DNA of 64,000 bases from Selaginella moellendorffii. Lineage: Eukaryota > Plantae > Lycopodiophyta. Where the stretch lies: contig NW_003314460.1 in assembly GCF_000143415.4 (NCBI RefSeq), forward strand, positions 4,369 to 68,368, written 5' to 3'. A model generated the notes under the pieces. That model saw only the letters and a program-made list of their open reading frames with translations. It was not told where the DNA came from and made no database searches. Below, piece after piece: positions 38,963-49,900 of the stretch. Numbering within the stretch: position 1 is the stretch's first letter; each line of letters starts with the position of its first letter. A program made the position numbers and the translations under genes.

Positions 38963-39596
38963 GAGATGGACCCGAGTTGGAGTCCGAAGTGGAGTCCGAG
39001 ATGGACCCGAGTTGGAGTCCGAAGTGGAGTCCGAGATGGACCCGAGTTGGAGTCCGAAGTGGAGTCCGAGATGGACCCGAGTTGGAGTCCGAAGTGGAGT
39101 CCGAGATGGACCCGAGTTGGAGTCCGAAGTGGAGTCCGAGATGGACCCGAGTTGGAGTCCGAAGTGGAGTCCGAGATGGACCCGAGTTGGAGTCCGAAGT
39201 GGAGTCCGAGATGGACCCGAGATGGAGTCCGAGATGGAGTCCGAGATGGAGTCCGAGGTGGACCCGAGATGGACCCGAAATGGAGTCCGAGATGGAGTCC
39301 GAGATGGACCCGAGATGGAGTCCGAGATGGAGTCCGAGATGGACCCGAGATGGACCCGAGATGGACCCGAGATGGAGTCCGAGATGGAGTCCGAGATGGA
39401 CCCGAGATGGAGTCCGAGATGGAGTCCAAGATGGAGTCCGAAGTCGAGACCGAGACCGGGACCGAGACCGAGACCAAGACCGAGACCGAGATCGGGACCG
39501 AGACCGAGCCCGAGCCCGAGGCCGAGACCGAGCCCGAGCCCGAGACTGAGCCCGAATCCGAGTCCGAGTCCGAGTCCGAGTCCGAGTCCGAGTCCG
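38963..39596. repeat. Tandem repeat array in 5' LTR-A (7x 35-bp, then 11/12-bp, then 6-bp units)
   Basis: gagatggaccc-gagttggagtcc-gaagtggagtcc; gagatggagtcc/gagatggaccc; ccgaga/ccgagc/ccgagt. Confidence 0.95.
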
Positions 39597-40822
39597 GAGC
39601 CTGAGAGGGTGAAAGCCCAAAGCGTTCGTCTCCCAGACCCTGGGGGGTTTGGTGAGCTCCAAAAGTATAGCAAGGGGAGGACTACAGTGGAGCCAGTTTG
39701 GCCAGGAAAGGCCAGTTTGGCCAGGAAAGGCCAGTTTTTCCCAGGAAGGCCGGACCCAGTGCTGGGTGATGAGCTGCCCACTGGGAAGTCCAAGACTAGA
39801 GTGAACACAGACTGTCGCGCATGTGACTTCGGGTATCGAAAGTTACCTGTCGACTAGTCCTTACGGACACTCTTACCTTACTGCCACGATGGCAGGAGGT
39901 CGATACTGCTGGTTCCCTTTATTGGCCCCTCTTGTTCAAGTGTTAGTAAACTGGACTTTGCATCTGTACTTGGCCGGATGAGCATAAGGAAGGAATTCCT
40001 AAGTGTCTATTTAGCTGAGCATACTTGGCCCGGCTTGTTAGTTCTCTTTTGCTCTGTCTTGCACTGGCTTGACAAGAACCCTCGCGTATTGAGATTGGTC
40101 CCTCAATATCGCTGGATGATAGTTTACCGTGTCTGCCAAACACCCTCGCTATCATGCCCTTTGTGTTAGTCTCATTTCGGTCCCAAATGCTATTTATGGA
40201 AAGTGTCCAGATTTGCTCATTTGGCATATCTACGGAATGTAGAGATCGGCCTGAACACAATGGTGTTCGTCCCGTGTCCAAATTTGCAATCTAAGGACAT
40301 TCCATATTTAGTAAGTTTCGAGCTTGTCCCAGAGACTAACTCCTGATACTAAGGGAGGCTTGGGGTGAAAGCCCAAAGCGTGTGTCCCTCAAGGGGGGGG
40401 GGCTGTGGGGGGTTCCAAATGTATAGTAGGGATAGTGGGTAGGTCGGGCATGGCCGACCAACCTGAGGCATAGTTTAGCTCCCGCTTGCGTGCCTGTCCT
40501 TGTTCTGCGTCCGGCTTGGGTCTAAGCCCAAGTTCCATTCCATGCTAGTTGGTGGAGTACCCATATCCTCGCGTTAGGCCACCGGTATGCTGAAATAGCG
40601 CCAGACTCCGTTTGGCTCTGTTTTGCGTGCTGGTCCTGGCATTGGGATGCTGGTTACTCTAGGACTGTTCCAAGTCGCTCTGGGCTCCTGTCCCTTCGCT
40701 CCTTGGGCTTCATGCTTGGGAGTTGCTCCGTGGTTCGGTTCTGTCACTCCTCGGCTCCATGCTTGAGAGTTTGGCACCGTTCCTTCGTTTAGTGGCCCAA
40801 GGCCCTGAACCTCGGGTCCTGT

Positions 40823-40875
40823 GGACACGTGGCATGGACACGTGGCATGTGACACGTGGCATCTGTCACGTGGCA
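40823..40875. promoter_or_regulatory. Cluster of four G-box/ABRE motifs (CACGTGGC) in LTR-B (repeated at ~47812-47864)
   Basis: ggacacgtggcatggacacgtggcatgtgacacgtggcatctgtcacgtggcac. Confidence 0.7.
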
Positions 40876-43800
40876 CAAAGAGGGTTCCGCTTCGTGGTGT
40901 TATCCTATGGTAAATCACCATAGGATAAAGGGTCAAAACCACGTGCGCTACATTTGGTATCAGAGGATGAGTCTCAGCGAGTACTATTCAATGAGATTGG
41001 GCAACTAATCTCGTTGCATACGCAGAGATGAAAACGATGATCCGAGTGGGTAAATCACGTTTGGTGCAAAGGGTTCACAATTGTTCCTTGGGCTCATAGG
41101 ATGGATTTGAGATGCTCCGTTAGCACGAGTTTGAGCTTGGGCACATTAGCAACTCGAGGTTACACTTTGAGTTGGCAGGATTAATGTTAGCCTATCGGTG
41201 GTTCCATAAGTTGTTCCATGTACCGTGGGTGAAAGTAAACCTTCCCTGAGTTTGCTATGAGTGGCAAATAGGCTGGTCCGTAGCTGTTTAGCACGGCACT
41301 AGTAGATCCTTCCTAGGCATGATTACAAGTGGATCAACTAAGACTGTAGGGATTAGTCTATTGGTTCAAGTAATCATTGCCGTGCTCTCTTATAAACTTT
41401 TCTTGGATTGGACTGAAGGCAGTGCGAACGCAAGCTTGAAGTGTAGTCAAAGATGAGACCGAAAAGAGAGTCGTCAGGGACGAAGGATCAAACACGTAAA
41501 TCATCTTCTCTTCTTGGAGAGATGATTTGCAACAAGGTGTTAACTCATTGCTCATGTTCATATTATGCAATCAAGAGTCCCTACCTTGATGCATGTTGGA
41601 AATGATGGTCTTGTAAGTGGTGAGTCATGGGATGGATAACAGTGAAACGTTATACCATTTTGTTTAGACTCGCTATTGGAAGACTTGAGTTACAATGCTC
41701 AATTCTTTTCCGGGGAACCTTGCTATTGCTCCTCGAGTAGCTTGGTGTTGGACTAGTTTTAAGTTTGGTCAAATAGAGAGAGTGGCATAAGCTTGGCCAT
41801 GTTGTGAACAAAAGTTAGTGGTGTTGGGTGTTATAAGTCTCTATTGGTGAAGTGTGGCATCTATGTTGCATTTTGTCGAATTGAGTTGGCACTTGATACT
41901 CACATAAACTTTTGAAGTAATGACATTGGCATTGCTCGTGGTGTTGCTCAATTGATGATCAAGTCATTGTGATTTCCATATCATATCCATGTGATAATGA
42001 GCAATGTGTTTACGAAGTTGCTTGGTTAAATGATGATCAACCCCAAAGTGGTTGATGGTGAAGCTAGTCTACTTGCACGAAGTAGCATTGTAGTAGCTTT
42101 GACTGGATTCTCGATGATGGTCCATTATGCTAAGCTTAAGTTGGTTCCTTGTTCCTTGAGTTTGCCCACTAAGGTGTTTGAAAAAGGGTTATAGCATTCA
42201 CTTGTTATAGCTTGTCGGTTGATCCGCTAGCACTTAGAGTAGATTGTTGGATAGAGAAGGTGTGAAGTTGAGGCATTGACATTGCTAGCACTTGTGTTAG
42301 TGGAAGTGGCATTGTTATTTTCGAGTGATGAGGAAGTTTCCTTAGAGCTTGATTTTCTATGTCATTTTTCTTGTTAGTGTTTGGGCTTCACATTGGATCT
42401 TAAAGATGGTTGAAGAAGAGTGTTAGTGCAATATGGATATTCGAAGATGTGGTCTTCATGATCAAGCCTTGGATGTTCCATTTGCATTTTACGGATATCG
42501 GTGTTGGATGTCGAAAGAATGGGCAAAAAGATATTTGTGGCTTAAGCATACTATGGGTCATGAGAATTTGTGTTGAGGTGAACCTATGTGAAGTTGTTAG
42601 TAGGAGGAAGTTGGTTGAGTCTTGAAAGTTTGTATTCCTGGACTGAGAGTCATTCTTTCTCTAGGATGGAAATTTTCCACAAATTTTCTTAGACTTTTTC
42701 AATGGCTGATCTGTTATCACTTTGTCCGAAAACCATTCCGTTTTCATAAGCCAATACAAACTAGTGAAGGGGTTGGAGTTGACTTCGGTTAGCTTAGACC
42801 TTAGTAGATAGTTTGTATAATGCGGCCCAAAAGGGATGCTAACTTTTGGGGCTAAGGCAATTGAGTTGGATAGAGTCTGGAGTTAATGTAGAAAAGTGGC
42901 CGTTGCACTTTTCTAGAAAGGTGACCCTTGTGCCTTTCTTTTGTAACGTTATGCTTGGTGGCAGGTTGCACTTTGCATTTCGTTAGACTCTATGAGAGTA
43001 GTGAGCTCTCACTGATCTTGACTTGGTCTTGGTGGCCCTGCGCCTTGGCTGAGGATGGTGATGTCCAACTTAGTTGTTTGCAGTTAAGATGTTGATACCC
43101 ATACTATAGCTTTGTCTATAAGGAGGTTGTGTACCAATATGAGTTCATCTTATGGTCTTCACTTTAGTTTCGACTAAGTGTTGATCATGCATATCTAGCC
43201 TCTTCAAGGCATGCTCAAAGCTGTTGGCTAAATGCATTAGTGAGCTTATTGCGGTTGAGTTGGATTCGAGTGGTCATTTAGTTTGTGCCTGTCCATGAGC
43301 TAATATCTCGTATCTGGGGTATTATATTCATGTTAGACAAGTATATGACTCAATGACATGAGTTAGTGTTTGGGTCTTGTGAAAGGCAAGACAAGTGATT
43401 GTTGGTTGCTTTGTGACTAATGATTGCTTGTAGACTTTGTCAAGGGCTTTTGACACTTACTTCACTCGATGATGATTTAGCAGTGATGGGTTTGCTTTAC
43501 CTGTTGGTGTTGCGGAGGATCATGTCGTTAGACTTACATGGTTTCTTTTCCATGTTGGCATATTGACTCTACCTCTGTCAATATCATTTGGTTGCGTTTA
43601 GTTCGTAGTGTTAGATTTCATTAAGTCTTGGATGTGGTGAATCACTCCTTGATGAAGTGTTATCTGTAGCTGAGTATTGTTGAGGGATTGGTCTCAGATA
43701 CCGACTAAGGTATCTTCGACTTTGGTTAGCTTGGTTGCTAGAAAGTCTTGAGTGGTGATACACTCGTGCTTTCTTCTAGCTTTGTTCTAGTGTTGATGGC

Positions 43801-45990
43801 ATTGAAGAAATGCCTTGTCATTGACATTGTTGTTGTTGAGATTCAAGTGAAATAAGATGTCTATCCTTAAGATTGACATTGAGTTTCATTAGTTTTGATG
43901 AAGATAATGTTCATGATTTGGCTTTGGCTTTGTGTCATTGGCATTCGTGCATTTGCTAGTTAGCAACTATACTGACGTTCAAACGAACCAAGTGGCAAGT
44001 TTGAGTTAGTTGTGTCCAGATGAGATTGTTTAGTAAGGGTTGAGCTTTGAACTTTTCCTTGAAAAGTGATTCAATTGTGGACTATGCTAACTCTACAAGC
44101 GGAAGAGTTAGTGATTGATATTGGAATGTTTGAATCCTTATTGGATTTGAGTTGGAATATATCGATCATTGATGATTCTTCTTGTGCTTGTTATGAAGTG
44201 AGTTACGTCTTGCTATAGATGGATTCATGGAGGATCGTTTGGTGATCACTTGTTGAGCATAGCTTCATTATGTTTAGCTTTTGGATTGATGCAGGCATGC
44301 TCTTCATTAGCTTTGGCATTATGAAGTTTGGCTTATGGATATATTGAGGAGGATATTGTGGGTTGCACCATGATTTCTTCTTTAGCATTGAAGTTAGTTC
44401 GTGCGAAACTCGTGATCATTATTAGGCAAGACTTGGCTATAGACTTCTTCGAACTTTTGGTTATTTGAGTTTTCATGCTCATTGTTCCATTTGTTAGGAG
44501 TTGTTGGGGGAAGGCATTTTGGCTCATTAGCTTCGATGTTGACGTTAGTCTTTGCATCTAGCAATCATTGGTGATGATTGACTATCATCTAAGATAGTTG
44601 ATTATCCTTGTCAAGGGTTTTGCTTGATTATTGTTGGTATAGAATGATTTGCTGTTCTTCGGGATGGTAAATTCTTTCTTCAATGATAATTATGCATTTC
44701 TCTCTTGTTAGGATGATTGATGATCTTTCATGGTGGTTATTTGTTCTCTTTGATGGCTTGTGGCTTTTCGCAATATCACATGTTCTTTGTGGTTTGCTTT
44801 GGATTGGTCTCTTGGGTTTGAGACATCCATAGGATGTTGCTGATGCTTGCTTGAGCAACTCTAGTTCCTTGGTATTGTTGACCAGGATCTATTCAGATTG
44901 ACTTTTATGATAGTTGGCATGAGTGGGTGTTTGTTGGTCTTACCGCATTCATTCTGTTCTGTTGATTATTGTTTGAGTTAGTTCTGATAGGTTGGGATGT
45001 TATCTCCTTCGGGTGATACATTCGCGAGCATTGTGCTTGTTAGTCAATGATACTTTGTGTCTTTTGAGTTATCTCTAGTAAGTTATTGGCTTACTGTCTA
45101 CTATCTTCGGTAGTTAAGTTTCACCATTGAGTTTACTTGATGATATACTTGCTATTGAATTTTGTTGGATGGTGAATCCTATGTTTACAAATTTTGATGA
45201 TCTTGGTGGTTCCTATACTATACTAGTTTATCGGATGATAACTTGCTTAGAATACTTTTGTGTTCTACTCTAAGATTTAATCATTGGTAATTAAGTCTCT
45301 AAGATATCATTGTCTCTGACTTTGATATTGTCCATCTCTTGATCTTTGAGTTTGGGCCAGTAATGGGCAGACTGGCTTCGGCACTTCGTGTGCATGTTGA
45401 AATCTCTAGTCATGGGGTAGCTACTGTCGACTGGTCACATAACCCGCCTCTCTGTCGATGTTCCTTATTCTGTTGAAAGGGCGTGACCGTGTAAACAACT
45501 CTAACTGCCTGTTTATAGTAGTCTATCTAAACCTTACCGACGGGTTTGGTTTCTTTGCTTAGGAGGGTTGGGGCCTCTGGCTTCTCTCTCTATGTTCCTG
45601 CGGGCAGGGGCATATCACACTTTTGTAAGCTGGGTGACTCCCAGAGCAGCAAGGGTGGCTAACTCTGTTGGTCATTTCCTTGTCGGCGACGGCCGGAAGG
45701 TGTCTGAGCTGGTAGCGCATCCGCGTTAGACAAAGAGGTTGCCCCCTAACTCATTTAAGTTGGTGCATTTCTCACATAGTGTGAGTACCGTGAACTTTTT
45801 CTGGAGTTGTTTCCTTGGCGGTATTCTAGACTCGAGTATGCATCGACGAGGACGTCGATCTTCCCTAGGGGGGGAGAGTGTCGCGCATGTGACTTCGGGT
45901 ATCGAAAGTTACCTGTCGACTAGTCCTTACGGACACTCTTACCTTACTGCCACGATGGCAGGAGGTCGATACTGCTGGTTCCCTTTATTG

Positions 45991-46973
45991 GAGCGACTTG
46001 GAACAGTCCTGGAGCAACCAGCATCCCAATGCCAGGACCAGCACGCAAAACGGAGCCAAACGGAGTCTGGCGCTATTTCGGCATACCGGTGGCCTAACGC
46101 GAGGACATGGGTACTCCACCAACTAGCATGGAATGGAACTTGGGCTTAGACCCAAGCCGGACGCAGAACAAGGACAGGCACGCAAGCGGGAGCTAAACTA
46201 TGCCTCAGGTTGGTCGGCCATGCCCGACCTACCCACTATCCCTACTATACATTTGGAACCCCCCACAGCCCCCCCCCCTTGAGGAACACACGCTTTGGGC
46301 TTTCACCCAAAGCCTCCCTTAGTATCAGGAGTTAGTCTCTGGGACAAGCTCGAAACTTACTAAATATGGAATGTCCCTAGATTGCGAATTTGGACATGGG
46401 ATGAACACCATTGTGTTCAGGACGATCTCTACATTCCGTAGATATGCCAAATGAGCAAATCTGGACATTTTCCATAAATAGCATTTGGGACCGAAATGAG
46501 ACCAACACAAAGGGCATGATAGCGAGGGTGTTTGGCAGACACGGTAAGCTATCATGTAGCGATATTGAGGGACCAATCTCAATACGCGAGGGTTCTTGTC
46601 AAGCCAGTGCAAGACAGAGCAAAAGAGAACTAACAAGCCGGGCCAAGTATGCTTAGCTAAATAGACACTTAGGAATTCCTTCCTTATGCTCATCCGGCCA
46701 AGTACAGATGCAAAGTCCAGTTTACTAACACTTGAACAAGAGGGGCTGATAAAGGGAACCAGCAATACCGACCTCCTGCCATCGTGGCAGTAAGGTAAGA
46801 GTGTCCGTAAGGACTGGTCGACAGGTAACTTTCGATACCCGAAGTCACATTCGCGACACTCTCCCCCCCTTGGGAAGATCGACGTCCTCGTCGATGCATA
46901 CTCCAGTCTAGAATACCGCCAAGGAAACAACTCCATAAAAAGTTCACGGTACTCACACTATGTGAGAAATGCA
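45991..46973 (-). mobile_element. Inverted fragment of a sibling family-B element (internal 3' end, PPT and ~870 bp of LTR)
   Basis: Reverse complement of the 45765-45878 region plus LTR 39813-40680, carrying substitutions absent from both resident LTRs. Confidence 0.9.
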
Positions 46974-49900
46974 TAAGGAAGGAATTCCTAAGTGTCTATT
47001 TAGCTGAGCATACTTGGCCCGGCTTGTTAGTTCTCTTTTGCTCTGTCTTGCACTGGCTTGACAAGAACCCTCGCGTATTGAGATTGGTCCCTCAATATCG
47101 CTGGATGATAGTTTACCGTGTCTGCCAAACACCCTCGCTATCATGCCCTTTGTGTTAGTCTCATTTCGGTCCCAAATGCTATTTATGGAAAGTGTCCAGA
47201 TTTGCTCATTTGGCATATCTACGGAATGTAGAGATCGGCCTGAACACAATGGTGTTCGTCCCGTGTCCAAATTTGCAATCTAAGGACATTCCATATTTAG
47301 TAAGTTTCGAGCTTGTCCCAGAGACTAACTCCTGATACTAAGGGAGGCTTGGGGTGAAAGCCCAAAGCGTGTGTCCCTCAAGGGGGGGGGGCTGTGGGGG
47401 GTTCCAAATGTATAGTAGGGATAGTGGGTAGGTCGGGCATGGCCGACCAACCTGAGGCATAGTTTAGCTCCCGCTTGCGTGCCTGTCCTTGTTCTGCGTC
47501 CGGCTTGGGTCTAAGCCCAAGTTCCATTCCATGCTAGTTGGTGGAGTACCCATATCCTCGCGTTAGGCCACCGGTATGCTGAAATAGCGCCAGACTCCGT
47601 TTGGCTCTGTTTTGCGTGCTGGTCCTGGCATTGGGATGCTGGTTACTCTAGGACTGTTCCAAGTCGCTCTGGGCTCCTGTCCCTTCGCTCCTTGGGCTTC
47701 ATGCTTGGGAGTTGCTCCGTGGTTCGGTTCTGTCACTCCTCGGCTCCATGCTTGAGAGTTTGGCACCGTTCCTTCGTTTAGTGGCCCAAGGCCCTGAACC
47801 TCGGGTCCTGTGGACACGTGGCATGGACACGTGGCATGTGACACGTGGCATCTGTCACGTGGCACAAAGAGGGTTCCGCTTCGTGGTGTTATCCTATGGT
47901 AAATCACCATAGGATAAAGGGTCAAAACCACGTGCGCTACACAGACCGACAAGCGGGGTAGCTTGGTGAAGTGTTCAAGAGCCGGCTCTAGTTCCCCCGG
48001 GAGATCGACTGGCCGATGCTCCCAGTCCAAGTATGGGTGGCACTACCTACTTGGATACCTGGTGTGGCTCAACGGAACCCGCTCTAAGCCCATGGCTAGA
48101 GCACCCAAGGGCAGAAGGCGAGGAGAGTACCCAGGTGGCTCGCGTAAGGCCACGGTGTTCCGAAATGTTGTCCCAAAGGCCCAGACTATGGAAAGGAAGA
48201 GGAGCAGTCCTCTGGGGTAGTGACCAAGGACACAGTCGTGTGGTGAGGAAGTCCCAGAGGACCGTGGGACTTAGTGGTCGGGCCTGTAGGCCTCGATCCA
48301 GTGGCAGTGTTGGCAAACACGGCCAGGGGCAGAAAGGGACTTAGTGGGGACTGACAGAGGGATATTGGGGAAGGCTATTCCCCTTGTTGGTGGGCATCCT
48401 AAGGATGCTAAAGAGTGGATCTGAGATGACCACTCACGGATGGGTTACCTAGTCTTGGAGAGCCAAGACTGTGATGCAAGTGGTATTGGACTACCAGTGT
48501 GGCAAAGGTGATTAGGCATGGCCTTAGCGTAACAGGCTGCTATGTCGGTGGTACCTTTGAGTGTCGGTCGTGGGATCGGACACGTGGAGCACTTGGACCA
48601 AGTGCAAATGTTGAGTGGCATGGATGCCATTCTTGGGGCTAGCAAGTCCCAAGTCCTGGATTGGACTTATGGAGGTTGTGAATGAGACTCCTCCAAGTGG
48701 TCAGAGGTGTGGTTAAGTGACTAAAGTAGAATGGAAAATTTAGTCGCTTACAATTTGGTATCGGAGCTGTTCCTTAGTCCGACTTTTATTGGTGCTCAAG
48801 TATATCACCACTAGTGTTGGTATCGGAAGGTCCATGGAGTGGGCCTATCCTTGAGGAGTAGCAAGTCGGGAAGACATGGCTCTCCATTACAGTTCATGTG
48901 TGAACTTGTAGACGAGGTGGTGGATAGAAAAGGGCCAATAATGGAACGACTTTGGGATCTTGGGAACAGTGCAAGGTTTTCCTCATTGAGTTGAGGATGT
49001 GATCCGGATGAGCATTTGTCTCAGCAAGTTGGTTAAGGTTGTTATGGTAAACAACTAAAGTTGGGATCACGGGAAAGATAGAGACTCCAAAACAATAAAG
49101 GAGTCACAAGATTATCCTCATATAGTTGAGGTTGGTGCTCATGAATGTGAGACCAGAGGTAATGACCGTGGGAGGTCAAATACGGAAGAGGACTCAAGTC
49201 CTTGAAATGGTAGCCGGGGCTACCTTTAATAAATGCTGGAACAACCCAAGGAGTTGGGGGGTGTACTTAGAGATGAGTGGTATTCTCATCGCATGGACAA
49301 GTAGTCCTAAGGGGCAAAAGTTGCCCCCAGAGAACAAAATCAAGTGTCGGAGTAACACTTGTGAAAATAGTCCTTTTGAGTAGGACAGGAATGCAAGAAG
49401 TGTATTCCAGTGAGCTAGTGCCTCACAAGTAAGACCTTAAGGGTCTGTGGATTAACCAAGTCCAAAACTGCTGGATGACTCAAGTAGAGTCAACAGATGG
49501 TCCTAAAAGGACTAATGGAAGCATTTGGACTGAGGTGTGTTGTACCCCATAAAGGATGGGGGGGGGGATCATAGGATCCAAGGATGAGAATAGAGGGTAT
49601 CTCATTGATGGTAAAATGTGCCATGCTAAAGTTATGGGAAAGGTGTTCCCAGAAGAAAACAACTTTGACACGAAGTTGTGTGGGACCTTTATGGTGCAAT
49701 GCTAACGGATGGTTGGCATGAGAAAGAGCGGTGTTGGTCTTGGCAAAGACTTAGACACGAAGGGGAAATGTCATAGAGGTAGGCTCGTGGAGCCGATGGT
49801 GTGGAGACACCAAATGTGCCAAGGTGTGATACCTTGAGGCTATGTTGGTGGGTTCATGAGAACCCCTTGCCAAAGGAATCCCAATGGAAATGGGAATAGC

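Larger units (their letters stand above)
39813..47941 (+). mobile_element. LTR retrotransposon B, non-autonomous, nested in the 5' LTR of A
   Basis: TGTCGCG...CGCTACA termini; TSD CAGAC (39808-39812 / 47942-47946); 5' LTR 39813-40952; PBS TGGTATCAGAG 40955-40965; PPT 45867-45878 (A, G-run, AGAG); 3' LTR 45879-47941 (contains an inverted patch). Confidence 0.95.

Noticed and set aside
38963-39210. 35-bp repeats as a CRISPR array
   Set aside because: Head-to-tail repeats with no unique spacers, eukaryotic context, no cas genes.
39595-39640. Hammerhead ribozyme/retrozyme in the LTRs (CTGAGAG...GAAA; also CTGATGA at ~10032, 24473, 36711)
   Set aside because: CUGANGA core or flanking stems I-III not satisfied.
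38638-39857. Six overlapping 217-339 aa ORFs (and equivalents at 52.8-53.9 kb)
   Set aside because: They arise from stop-free tandem repeats inside LTR-A; low-complexity translations in all frames.
41850-41915. Possible aspartic protease trace (LALDT..INF) in element B
   Set aside because: Motif incomplete and surrounded by stops; cannot be supported.
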